Part shown: in pieces, positions 26,661-40,408 of the stretch
Layout: each line of letters opens with the position of its first letter
Numbering within the stretch: position 1 is the stretch's first letter
Assembly (NCBI GenBank): GCA_951406725.2
Contig: OX597817.1
Span: forward strand, 163,928,001 to 163,992,000
From: Octopus vulgaris
Taxonomy: Eukaryota
Direction of reading: 5' to 3'
Length of the DNA stretch: 64,000 nt
The notes under the pieces: generated by a model
Databases searched by the model: none
The model's input: the letters and a program-made list of their open reading frames with translations, nothing else
What the model was told of the DNA's origin: nothing
Position numbers and translations under genes: made by a program

Positions 26661-26839
26661 CCAGCAAGTTCGGGAAGAGGGTAAATCTCGATTACGTCAA
26701 CTCCAGTGTTTTATCGATCGAGGAAGGGTGAAAAGCAAAGTCGACTACGACAAAATTTGAACTCAGAACGTAAAGGCAGATGAAATGCCGCTAAGCGTTT
26801 GGCCCAGTGCGGTAACGATTCTGCCAGCTCACCGCCTTA

Positions 26840-26908
<69 letters not shown>

Positions 26909-27040
26909 TGGGCTTCGTATATTTTACCTCGGTGTCACTTTGATGGCATGCACTGCTCTCTCATTCACTCAATAATAATAATAATAACAACAACAACAAC
27001 AACAACAACAACAATAATAATAATAATGATGATGATGATG

Positions 27041-27112
<72 letters not shown>

Positions 27113-27159
27113 GTAACAGCAACAACAACGACAGCAACAGCACCATTACCTGACCAGCA

Positions 27160-27750
27160 TAATGAGAAAACTAAGTTCGCCTAAAAGCATGCCAAAACCA
27201 GGATGAAAATATATCATCTGCTCTATATGGGTGACCTGAGACTTCGTCAAAAATGAAAACCACTTCGTCTCTCTGATCCAAGCAGTAAGAATCTTTAACA
27301 AGGATATTGATATGCAGTTTGAGATATAGAACTGTTCAGTTTTAATTATGAAAAGTTCTGAAAGATTAAATTCTGATGGTATAAAATTACCACAAGATAC
27401 CATTAGATCTCTGAGAAATTATCAGGGATAGAACTACCTAGGGATGCAGCAGGACGATAAGATAATGGAAGGAGAAATGAGGGAGAAAATGTCCGAAGGA
27501 TTAAGAAAGTACTCGAAACAAAACCAGATGGAGGAAATGTTATCAAAGCTGTGTATTCGTGAGTCATGCCAGTATTAAGTTATTCTGCTCTTTTTCTAAA
27601 TTGGACAAAGTGAAGCCTACAGGAATTTGATAGAAGAACTAGGAAGCAACTTAGAGTGCAGAACGCTCACCACTCTAAAAATAACATCTGGCTCTGCCTA
27701 CCAAATAAAAAGAAAAAGATATGAGGCTTGTTAAACGCTGAAGACACCAC
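27160..27750 (+). mobile_element. Decayed R4/Dong-clade LINE reverse transcriptase fragment
   Basis: Reads IYHLLYMGDLRL (cf. HLLYMDDLKL), DIDMQF (cf. DIGMEFG), YLGM, GNVIKAVYS*VMPVLSYS, with stops and frameshifts. Further remnants at about 28670-29060. Confidence 0.75.
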
Positions 27751-27857
27751 TATCTCTGTCCTATGTCAAGTTCTGGGATCGCTAAGCTACGGGATGTTGA
27801 TGGGGGACAAATACGAACACAGACACACGCACATACATACATACATACATACATATA

Positions 27858-28204
27858 CAGGGTGATTCAAAAGTCGCCATACATAGGAACAATTTATCTT
27901 TTTATAAGAACAGTTTTTTTTTATTTAACAGGCTCTATATGGTTACCATTGTTTTGAATACACATTGCAATACGTTTACCCCACTCATTGTGAACTCGTC
28001 ATAGCACAGTTGGTGATAGTGTGCAAATGAGTTGGTGATGCGTTCCTTCAAATGATTTTATGTCTTGTATCTTTCCGCGATACACCATGCTTTTCAAATG
28101 CCCCTAAAGAACCGGTCAGATCAGGGGATCTAGGGGATTTTATAAACTGTCTCTTATAAAAAAAATTAATTTTTCCTGTGTATGGAAACTTTTGAATCAC
28201 CTTG
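27858..28204 (-). mobile_element. Tc1/mariner-superfamily deleted element nested in a SINE B microsatellite
   Basis: ~60-bp TIRs cagggtgattcaaaagt... / ...acttttgaatcaccttg; minus strand reads SPRSPDLT then (frameshift) GHLKSMVYR. Confidence 0.75.
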
Positions 28205-29071
28205 TTTATAAGCATACGACGGGCTTCTTTCAGTTTCCGTCTACCAAATCCACCCACAAGGCTTCGGTCGGCTCGAAGTTATAGTAGAAGACACTTACCC
28301 GAGGTGTCACGCATTGGGACTGAACCCGGAACCACATGGATAGGAAAGCAAGCTTTTTACCACCCACCTTAACCTACTATCACCCAAACAACTTTTATGG
28401 TCTTGTACCTTCGTAATTATTAGGGCGGTGGGTTGGCATTAGTCGGTCCGGAACTATAGTAATTAACACTTGCCCAAGGTGTCGCGGAGTAGGATTGAAC
28501 CCGAAACCACAAGGTTACTAATCTCACCGACTTCTGCTTTACCTTACATCTGTCTGAAGCGAATTACTTAAAGTACCAGTCACTGGAGTCATTTTAATCG
28601 ATGAACCACCTGGTACAAAACTTGTAACCTTGCGCCTACGCCAGAAACAATTATTAAACGCAAGATTTGGCAAGGAAGAGGAAAAAGATGAGGAGAAGAG
28701 AAATGGAAGGAAAGTAAAGTCTTGGCAAACCTGAATAGATCGGCAGACACAACAGAAAGTGAAGCTATGTTGAGTGGAAGATGTTTCACTCCCAGAATAC
28801 TGACACAGAAAACAGATGTTATAGACATATGTCGCAGACAGTGTCTAACAATTATAGGGTGGCGATATTGTAGGAAATGGTATTCATACAGACAGAATGA
28901 TACAGGAAGGCTGCCTTGATATTTGTTAGCGTTAAAACAACATATTCTAAAAGGCTGTTTATAGATGTTGCACTACCAACAACCGAAAATATTTCACCGA
29001 AAATATATGTATGACATTATTTCCTTGGAAATCTAGAAAAATCAAAGATTGAGATTTTCCAATATCTAACT

Positions 29072-29720
29072 CGATGGTTTTCAACAGGGATCCGTACAAT
29101 ATTTTAAATTTTATATGCAATAACTTGCTTATACTTCAACAATACACAAAATATTTTAATTTTTGTATACAATTCCTAATAATAATTAATTATATTAATA
29201 ATAATTAATTTATATTAATACAGTAGAATGCAGAATACATACATACAGATGCACACATACATACATATATACATATGCACACACATACATATATACATAT
29301 GCACACACACACATGTATACATACACACACATATATACATACATACATACATACATACATACATACATACATACATACGTACATGCATGCATGCATAGGC
29401 ACGCACACACACACTGATCCACACACATGCGCACAAACAAACAAAAAGGAACGCAGTGTAAATAACGGACACAGTCAAGACTATTGAAAAGGTTGCAAGA
29501 CGCAACGAACATTTTAGGAAAATAAAAAAAAGAAATAAGTGGAAATTTTACCGGTGAGTGTGTTAAATTATAAGGCACATTAAGAAAATGATTCTCCGCG
29601 GGCACAACAGAATACAGTAGGAAAGAAAACTTTTTAAATACAGCGAATGGCTAATTAAATCCACTTGAGTAAAACATGAATGAAAGAGGTCCATAGGCAA
29701 TAAATGGTTGAGAACCACTA
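29072..29720. mobile_element. hAT-Charlie-like MITE
   Basis: Ends cgatggttttcaac / gttgagaaccacta (CAGTGGTTCTCAAC type); 8-bp flanks atctaact / atctaaat. Confidence 0.7.
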
Positions 29721-29903
29721 ATCTAAATCAATTATTCTATAGACAAACAAGTACAGGAAAATAGTACTTACTCCATACTTTTAAAAACTGTTTATAGATG
29801 TTGCACTAACAACTGAAAATATTTCTCTGAAATTATTTCACTGAAAACTGGAAACTCAAAGAAGTTTAAGCCGTTCCAATATCTAGACCAGTGCATTTCC
29901 ATG

Positions 29904-29957
<54 letters not shown>

Positions 29958-31339
29958 ATAACGAAGAAATAGTTTTCTAAATATTTTTTTCTAAATTTTT
30001 AACTTCCGTACAATGTGGCGCGCTGCCAGGATCGTTCAGGCATCGGGAGAAATTCTCTGCGGTATGTCTTCCAGTTCTTCATTTCCTGAGTTCAAAATCT
30101 CGCAGATGTCAACTTTTCTTTTCTTTCCATCTTTTTGGAGTGGATAAAAAAAAGTGCCATTCAAATACTAGAACCGGTGTAGTAGATGCACCCTCTCTCG
30201 AATTTTTGGCTTTGTTTCTGTATCAGAAACATTTAATTATCCTTGTGAATAACGAAAATTATGAATAATGAGTTTTTCAGGGCCCTCAAGCATTATTTTG
30301 ATTTTTCTAATAATTTCAGTTACGCTTTCAAAACTCAGCGATGCACCTGGATACTCAATGCGGCGTACTGTTTGAGAAGCAATGACATAATCTGTAAAGA
30401 CTTTAACAAATAGAACTAACAAAGTTGTTGAATGTGAATTAAGGTTGAACATATGAGCAGGTCGAACGGTGATATTATGGGTACAATCCATCTAACTGAC
30501 TTCCACTCAATTTCCATCAACCCAATTTTATATACACAGCCTGAGTAAACCTGAAGATATGTCAAAAACACCACCACCACCCCCAATGAGATCGAACTCG
30601 CGTCCTCGTAACTACGATTCAAACTTCTTTACCATTTGGCCAGAAAATATATATATTGACATAAAGAAAAGCGCTCGCAAATTGACTGATAAAAAATTTC
30701 CAAGCTTCTAACACATCTTAGAAGGAGAATTGTACTTATTGACATAGCCGCTATATATGCAACAATAGAAAAAATGGTCGATATTTCTGGCATAAACATA
30801 AAGCCACGTTTTAAGTTACATGTAATATAATGTAGTCTTAAAATATGAAAGGATTCTCCGCCTCTGCTATAAAGGCCTTTAAAAAGTCATTAATACTTCA
30901 GTGCAGGATGAAGAACTCTTCGACAACCGCAAAATTCATATGATCCTTCGCTTGTGGATTATTTGTGATTTATAAGTGGATAGGTGCATTAGGAGCGGTT
31001 TATAGTCTAATAAATAATGCAATGTACGGGTTGGAAGGAAAAGCTACAAGATTACAATTACGCGGGTTTACTGCATGATGAATGTATTCAACGAGGGAAT
31101 GTGCAGTATTTTGTTGGGGTTTTATATTATCGATTGCACTGAAAAATACTCTACGTGATATACTTTAACTACCAATTAGCGCTCTTTACAATATGCTTGA
31201 ATATTTGTGAGTCTTGGAGGCAGGTTTGTTATGCGTGTGAATGCATCTCTTTTAATGATCCCCAAGCCACCTATTTTTATTAGGAATTATTTCTGCTTTC
31301 CTTTCCCCCCCCCCCCACGTTCTCGTTATTTTTATTCAG

Positions 31340-32200
31340 GATATCATAAAACTGCTGAAAGACCTAAACGAAATCTACAAATGGGCTAACAAAAATAACA
31401 TGCAGTTCAATGCTATGAGATTTCAGGCACTCCACTATCGGTCCAGCACCAGGATAAAATCTGAATACACTGGACCAGATGATAATATGATCCCAGAGTC
31501 AGAGTCGGTGCGTGACCTGGGGGTTCACATGAGCAATGATGCAACATTCCATGTGAATATTACCAAGTTGGCGACACTGTGTAGGCGAGTAGCTGGATGG
31601 ATTCTGAGGACATTCAGAACCAGGAAAAGGGAAGCCCTGCTGCCCCAGTGGAAGACTTTCGTTCTCAGCCGCTTGGACTACTGCGCCCAACTATGGTCCC
31701 CAGAGAGTGTGAAACAAACTGTGGAACTCGAAGCGATCCAGCGCTAAGAGACAAAGAAAATCGATCGATGCAAAAGATGGGCTACTGAGAGAGGCTAAAG
31801 AAGTTGAGTCTCTATTCCCTGGAGAGAAGACAAGAGATAAATGCGGTGATATGTATTTGGAAGATCTTGGAGGGTTTAGCTCCCAATTTTGGAATTGACA
31901 GCTATACCAATCCTCGAACTGGACCGCACTGCATCATACCAAAGATCCCGTCTTCTCTATCTAAAATAAGGACACAGTACTGCAATTGTCTGGGTTTCAA
32001 GGTCCCACAATTGTTCAACATCCTTCCAGGCAACCTTAGAGATCTATATGGTGTTGATGTGGAAGTTTTCAAGGAATATCTGGACAGGTTTCTGTCTGAG
32101 ATACCAGATGAACCCACATCACGACAGGAAACGCAAAGAGCGGCTCTGTCCAACTCGCTACTTCACCAACTACAGATGGTGCACCAGCGTGACCTCAGCC
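31340..32200 (+). mobile_element. CR1/L2-group LINE 3' fragment (RT C-terminal region), pseudogenised
   Basis: ORFs 31400-31747 (RDLGV...WILRTF...SRLDYCAQLWSP...LEAIQR) and 31804-32232 (LYSLERR...QLFNILP...FKEYLDRFLSEIPDEP). Confidence 0.9.
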
Positions 32201-32744
32201 CTGGGCTGAAACCAGTAAAATATAAAAGATAAAAGATATAAAAGGTTTACTTTTGCGCATTTACCTCTGTCTAAGTATTGATTTTACTGGTCTATATAAC
32301 TTCCTAATATTTCTCATAAGACGGCCAGCTGGCAGAATCGCAAGCACGTCGGACAAAATGCTTTTAATTCTACTCTTTATCTCCAGAGTTCAAATGCTGC
32401 TGGGGTCAACATTCACTTTCATAACCTTTGGGGTCGAAAAAATAAAGTAATGGGTAAGTGTTGGGGGGGGTCAGTGTAATCGACAGACCTTCTCCCATTG
32501 AGATTGTTTACCTTGAACCCTGAAATGGGCCAGCATCCCGTTCATAAAAATGTTGTGATCTCGGTCACTTATAGGCCATGGAAACCGAGTAATTAGAGTC
32601 CTAGAGCTCGAAAAAAACTGTTTCTTTTAATCGGTCTAATTCATTAATTCCAGTGTATTTTGCAAGTTTGTGTTTAGTCCAATTATTTTGTCCCTGATTC
32701 TTTATTTAGCCTAATATCATTGCTCTTAATTAATTTTGGTCTCT

Positions 32745-32970
<226 letters not shown>

Positions 32971-32979
32971 GATTCAAAA

Positions 32980-33195
32980 GGCGGCGAGCTGCCAGAATCG
33001 TTAGCACGCCGGACAAAATGCTTCGCAGCATTTCGTCCGTCTTTACGTTCTCCATTCAACTTCTGCCGAGGTCGACTTTATCTTTCATCCTTTCGGAGTT
33101 CATGAAATAGGTAGCAGTTGATCATTGGGGTCAATGTAATCGACTTAGCCCCCCCATCCCCGAAATTGCTGGCCTTATGCCAAAATTTGAAAGCA
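32980..33195 (+). mobile_element. SINE family A, older tail type
   Basis: ggcggcgagctgccagaatcgttagcacgcc...gaggtcgactttatctttcatcctttcgg. Confidence 0.8.
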
Positions 33196-34246
33196 TTATT
33201 ATTGTTGTTGTTGTTGTTGTTGCTGCTTACCCTAAATACAAAGTTACGAAGGTTTTACTAATAATGGAAACGAGATCTAAAATACAGATGCTATGCATTA
33301 AACAGATATTTATTTCCACTTGAGAGGCAAAGTTATTAAATATATTGGTTGGCTGTCTGTTTGTGTTAGCTAATAATTGATAATATTGGCCTTCGTATTG
33401 CAAACTCTATAGGGAAACTAAATGGTATTTTTAGACATTTCTAATGAAATAATCACTGAACCGTAAATATAACATTCGGAACTACGAGATTCATATTGGC
33501 AATTTATTGTGAATATAGTAATGTCTTGAGAGCGAAGCCTTCATTCAAAACTGGAACTAGATGTTCCCGTGTGTTAAATACGTTCACTTAAATATAGGTT
33601 TGTATAAAATGAGCAGTATTTAGCTACTGTTCCCTGATGAGAAAAACTAACCTCAACAACACGAACACCTGGCTACATAATCCTCTTCATAGACATCGTT
33701 AGGTGTCAGAATCTGTTGAGCATAAGATAAAATAATTACCAGCATTTAATGGTATAACCTTACTTTCGGATCGCAGCAGTCGTCTTTTACAATCAATTAA
33801 CTTCGGAATTTGATCAAATTTCCTATACTCCCATGCGATATTGTAAACCTTACACTAAATTTTGAACAAGATAACACCAAATTCGAATATTTAAGTATTT
33901 CTATCGCAATCCAACCTACAACCTAATTACTATTCGACTTACCACGCAGTGGAACTGAACCCAGAACCATGTGCTTGTGAAGCAAACTTCTTACAACAAA
34001 GCCACGCCTGTACCTATATATGTGTGTGTGTATATGTGTGTGTGTGTGTCTGTAGCTTTGTTTCAGTCATTTGGCTGTGGCCATGCTGGAGCACCGCCTT
34101 TAGTAGAGTAAATCGACCCCAGATCGACTTTGTTTTCATTCTCTTCGATAGAATAAATACAAGCCGAGCACTGAGATCTATGTAATCGATTATTACCATC
34201 TCCCACCCCACCAAATTTCAACGCATTGTGCCTACAGTACAAAGAA

Positions 34247-34285
<39 letters not shown>

Positions 34286-34521
34286 GTGAATGGAAGAAAT
34301 GGAGCTGAACGAAGATTCTACAGAATTCCTTTTATTACATCCTTTTATTCAAAACTCCATTCACTAAATATATTAAACTTCAATTATCCGCGCTAACGCA
34401 CGGTTGCGACACCCTATGGTCGTAACTCCAACCGTGTTTTTTCTGCTGTGATTTTTGCTACCCAGGTATCGGTTAAACTTTTGAATAATCCGTAACAAGA
34501 AAATTCATCTATCCATTTCAT

Positions 34522-34580
<59 letters not shown>

Positions 34581-34707
34581 GCATACACATATGCATATAT
34601 ATATATATATATATATATACATACATATATACATACATACATACATACATACATACAGACATATACATACAGCACACACATTCACATACATACACATACA
34701 AGCACAA

Positions 34708-34738
<31 letters not shown>

Positions 34739-35092
34739 CATATATATATTGCTGTTATGAACTACTTTCTGCTGACACATTCAAGATGAGCTTCTGTGCA
34801 CGTATGCATGTAGAACAATGCGCCATGATTTTCAAACATGTCTGTATTTCAAAGCACAGTCAATAATTGTATCATGAATTAACTGAAAGTATATTGAATC
34901 TTGTTTCAAAAATCCTTCCGAATATAACATCGATATTATTTACTGTCCGCTAGCCATGAAACATATCAATGTTATAAACCTAACTGCGCTTTCACTTACA
35001 ACAATATCTGAAAATTGTAAGGTATGTTTGCTGCATTGCAAATGTATCATGTCTACGCAAATGTGATATGGCATTGCAATGCGAATAGTGTA

Positions 35093-35160
<68 letters not shown>

Positions 35161-35183
35161 AATATACACATATATATATACGA

Positions 35184-35380
35184 GGGGAGAATTCACGAAA
35201 AAAACAAAAGACGAAGACAAGTGGTGCAGAAAACAAACAGATGTATTAGTATAACGCTCGGGAATTTAAAAAGTCTTTAACGTTTCGAGCCTACGCTCTT
35301 CCACAGAAAGGAACACAAAAAGAAACAAGGAGAGAAAGAAGCAGAGAGAAAAAAATGTGTGTAGTGGCTACTGATCTATC
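35184..35380 (-). mobile_element. Hammerhead-like element, family 2a, second copy
   Basis: Reverse complement of 11395-11582; motif at 35275-35310 identical to 11451-11486; TA-rich arrays on both sides. Confidence 0.7.
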
Positions 35381-35946
35381 ATGGCGAATGTATATATATG
35401 TATATGTATGTATGTGTGTATATGGGTGTGTGTGTGTATAGATATATATATATATATATAGTTAATCCGAGGAAGTTAAGTCCTCATTAGGGATTATATA
35501 ATCCAACGTATTCCACTGGTTCAATCCATATCATATAATGGTAAAGTTATTGGTATATGTTTAGGATTACTGAATTGTTTAATATTGATGGGGGAAAAAG
35601 AAGAAAATTGAGAATAAATGGATGTAATTTCAAATTTATCCGCATATTGTAGAAAGATGACTTTTTTTTTTAAAAAAAAAAAAAAAGCATTACAAATAAA
35701 AAAAAATGGATTGGCAGTTGAAAATTCAAAAGCTTTCAACTTCCAAAGCATTTATTTATTTATTTATTTGCAATGTTTTTTTTTAAAAAAAAAAAACAGA
35801 TCACGGTCTTAAAGCGACGAAAATATTTTGACAAATTAAATTTAAATGTTGAAGTGCATCTAACGGATTTTATGTGTTTTGTAAATGGCTTATAAACACC
35901 TTCCACGCTGCAATTGTTATCTTTCTACAACATGCAAATAAATCAG

Positions 35947-36190
<244 letters not shown>

Positions 36191-36741
36191 TTCGTGTGTG
36201 TGTATGTAGTTTCTCCTGAAGCTCACATTGGCAGAAAACTCGAGTCGTGAGGCGAGTCTCAGATCTAGTTCAAATATGAAAAATCATATCCTTTACAACA
36301 TGTATTGAGCACTCCAGTCTCATTCCGCCTACCGTAAGCAACGTACAAATACACAGCCCTCTGGAGACTGAAGAATCCCAGCGAGCCGATAAACAAATTG
36401 GACGTTGAAGAACATATACTCAGATTTGCAGGCATGTTTCGCCTGACGATCGCAGTGGTTTGAAACTCGATTCACGAGACAAAAGAAAATTATACGTACA
36501 TGTGTGTGTGTATGTGTATATAGAGAATAGAGAGAGAGAGTGACTGAGAGAGAGATGATAAGATGGAATAGATAGATAGATATGTAATCACAGTAAAACC
36601 AACACAGTATATGTTATTGTGTATGTTTCTGCATGTGAAAAAACATGCAGAAATGGGTATTTATATAAACGTTGTGTTGCATTGTGCGTGATATTCTGCG
36701 CATGCGTGTGAATGTATGTTCGTGCGCGTGTGTATATGTTT

Positions 36742-36854
<113 letters not shown>

Positions 36855-37230
36855 CACACACATATTTATATAGGAATATATATGTATATATGTTTGTGTG
36901 CACGTGTGTGTATGTATGTGTGTGTATGTGTTCCCTTTTGGCTTGATTCTCATTTATCATTCACCTAGGTTAGACTATTTATTTTTATAGACTGAAAGAC
37001 CGACTGACAGAGAGGCAGACAAAGATAGACTGATTGACAGACAGATAAAGGTAGATAGATAACTAGGTATATAGGTTGCTAGGTTACTAACCTAAGTATA
37101 GTATAGATTTCTCTGCCTTTTTCCAAGCATTAATTACGCTTTGTCGCACGTAAGTCGCTCATTTATCTTATAGATGGCCTCCCATAAATATTTAACATTT
37201 GAATGGATAAATATGGTTATAGCTACAAAT

Positions 37231-37287
<57 letters not shown>

Positions 37288-37663
37288 CAGATGCAAATAC
37301 GTGTGTGTGTAGGCATATGTGTGTGTTTCATTGTCTGTGTGTCCTTGTTTATGAGCTATGTTAAAGTTTCTAATTACACTGTTTTTTACTTCAATATTTT
37401 CTCATAGGTTTTTACGAGTATAAACATTATTTACTTCCTCCAGTTAATTGATTGATAAATTTGTCAAAAAAAACGATATATCAACAGAATTATAAATTCT
37501 AGTTGCTGATCATATCTCGTGAAATCAATAAAATAACGTATTTTTTTCTCCATTAGATCATAACACGATCCGTTAACATGACAGAAACGCAGTGGTAGAT
37601 TGTAGAATTTATTTTGCTTTATACAAAGTTCGAATCCCACTAGTTCTTATATATATATATATA

Positions 37664-38261
37664 TTACAAGATAAGGGCAAAAGAAAAATTCTAATGCCAA
37701 ATATGCCGAAACAACAAATTGTCGATAACCATCTCGAAATCTCTAAAAAATTCGTTATTACCGTATTGGTCCAATTTCGGGGTTAATTCATAAGAAAATT
37801 TTCCCCTCTTCAGCGGCAAATACGCGAGATATAAGTGAAATACTTACTCATACCCATGGAAAAAGCAAGCACCAAGTCCTGACCAGACCTAAGTACCCCA
37901 AATATATCCAAAATAGAAAAATCTTCGGCACACCTCGGGACACGTGATTCGAACAAGAAACTTTAATAGAGTGAGCGAATCCGGAAGTGAAACACTATTC
38001 AATTTATAACTAATGTAGGATAAAACTTTTTTCGGGAAATTGGACCAATACGGTAATAACGAATTTTTTAGAGATTTCTATTGGTTTGTTTCGAGACGCA
38101 TAAATTATAATGGTTATCGACATATTTCGGCATATTTGGCATTAGAATTTTTCTTTTGCCCTTATCTTGTAAATTATTTATAAATTTAACCTTTAAAGGT
38201 ATTTTTTGATATGCTGGCCATTGATAAAATTTTTTTCCCGAAAAATTTTATCCTACATTAG
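37664..38261. mobile_element. Hammerhead-bearing element, family 4, divergent inverted pair with circular permutation
   Basis: 37664-37778 inverted against 38036-38172; 38010-38038 inverted against 38235-38261; (TA)n on the left, (TTA)n on the right. Confidence 0.8.
37758..37819 (-). ncRNA. Type I hammerhead ribozyme
   Basis: Minus strand: TTGCCG-CTGAAGA-GGGG-(20 nt)-CCCC-GAAAT-TGG A CCA-ATA-CGGTAA; 6-bp stem I, 4 G-C pairs in stem II, quasi-palindromic stem III, AUA site. Confidence 0.92.
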
Positions 38262-38262
38262 C

Positions 38263-38311
<49 letters not shown>

Positions 38312-38532
38312 TTACATATACAAGTCATTCGACTGTGGTCATGTTGGGGCAGTTCTATTTTTAAATCTGACACTTATTCTATCGGTCGCTCAGACCGAAC
38401 CGCTATGTTACGAGGAGGTAAGCAAATGAATAGTGGTTGTCAAGCGGTGAGTAGAGAACAAAATAAACACCAAGACATGGTCATATATTCATATACACAC
38501 ACATGCACTCACATACACGTATACATAAATTC

Positions 38533-38753
38533 ATATTTCTTTATTGCCCACAATGGGCAAAACACAGCGGGGACAAACAAGGACAGACAAACGGATTAAG
38601 TCGATTACATCGACCCCCAGTGCGTAACTGGTACTTAATTTATCGACCCTGAAAGGATGAAAGGCAAAATCAACCTCGGCAGAATTTGAACTCAGAACGT
38701 AACGGCAAACGAAATACATATTTCTTTACTACCCACAAGGGGCTAAACATAGA
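38533..38753 (-). mobile_element. SINE family A tandem fragments
   Basis: Junction gaaatacatatttcttt at about 38711-38727. Confidence 0.8.
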
Positions 38754-39159
38754 GATTTCTCCGCCGTGAAAATTAAGTTATGGTTGAAAATTTATTTTTA
38801 CCGCTATTCGCTGGTGCCTCGGGGGAAAATAATCTGACGAAAATACAGCTAGGATCGTGACGAATGTCCTCCTAAAATTGGAGTGACATGCGTGCTAATT
38901 TGTGGACATGCATAAATTACATTCACGTACACACACACACGCATACATCCTGCCTTTTACATATATATATATATATACAAATGAAAGTAAGGAATATTCA
39001 GCTATTAGCGTTTGGTGAGATAACAGAAGTTAAGGTTAACATTTTAATTTCCTCAGCTAGTTACTTCTAACACAATGTAAAGCTTCTAGAGTTACATCTC
39101 GTATTATGTGTGCGCCACACTTAGAGGAAGACGCCTTTTATATTTATATTCTTCGTCTT

Positions 39160-39782
39160 ATATTTGCCAAAATGATTTTCTGGCATTACCGTTTCTTTGT
39201 TGACATTAACGATTTCATTTCATACCTGATCACATGGAAAATAATTCTATGTGTTCTTTTTTCATATTTCATCTGTATTAGCATAGTTTGGTGGGTTTTA
39301 AATTAAATGTCAATAACAATACAAACTTTTACATATATTTTTTGCAATATTTTAACATACATTACCGAAAAAATATATAAACAAACAATAAAAGACACTG
39401 CTTTATATTTTGTAAAACACACAAAACCTTTAAATATATAGAAAATACAAAGACCACGAATGACTCAAATTACATGTACTGTAGTATTTATCTACCAGGT
39501 GTAGTGAAGCATGTGGTTTTGTGTGTTTTACAAAATATAAAGCAGTGTCTTTTATTGTTTGTTTATATATTTTTTCGGTAATGTATGTTAAAATATTGCA
39601 AAAAATATATGTAAAAGTTTGTATTGTTATTGACATTTAATTTAAAACCATCAAACTATGCTAATACAGATGAAATATGAAAAAAGAACACGTAGAATTA
39701 TTTTCCATGTGATCAGGCATGAAATGAAATCGTTAATGTCAACAAAGAAACGGTAATGCCAGAAAATCATTTCGGCAAATAT
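39160..39782. repeat. Long near-perfect inverted repeat (~268-bp arms, 86-bp spacer)
   Basis: 39160-39428 is the reverse complement of 39515-39782 with only a few differences. Confidence 0.92.
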
Positions 39783-40019
39783 TTACACGAGAAAATCATG
39801 CAAAATGTCGGTGCAATTCACGCACGGCTACGCAACTGTAATGTTAAGCTGCAATTATTTCTTTCTTGATTCGATCCCACTATGTGACACATTGGAATCA
39901 TATAAAACTGTACTGGCCAGATAGCTTGAAAGTAGAATTTGGAGACGGTTAACGTAGATTTCCTATTGTGCGTTTTTATGTCAAGTTATATATAACAATT
40001 TAACATTATATTGATAGAA

Positions 40020-40408
40020 GGCGGCGAGCTGGCAGAAAAGTTAGTACGCCTAGCGGTATTTCGTCTACCTCTGTGTTCTGAGTTCAAATTCCGTCGAGGT
40101 CGACTTTGCTTTTCATCCTTTCGGGGTCGATTAAATAAGTACCAGTTACGCACTGGGGTCGATATAATCGACTTAATCCGTTTGTCTGTCCTTGTTTGTC
40201 CCCTCTGCGTGTAGCCTCCTTGTGGGCAGTAAAGAAATAGGTATTTCGACTGTCTTTACGTTCTGAGTTCAAATTCCGCCGCAGTCGACTCTGCCTTTCA
40301 TCCTTTCGGGGTCGATAAATCAATTACCTGTTGCGTACTGGGATCGATCTAATCGATTGCCCCTCCCACTCCAAAAATTTCGGGCCTTGTTCCTAGAGTA
40401 GAAAAGAA
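40020..40408 (+). mobile_element. Composite SINE family A (young unit plus older-tail unit)
   Basis: Junction aaagaaataggtatttc at about 40231-40247. Confidence 0.85.

Noticed and set aside
34280-34372. 16-bp inverted repeat with a CTGAACGA motif
   Set aside because: The core has an insertion and there is no GAAA or NUH; insufficient.
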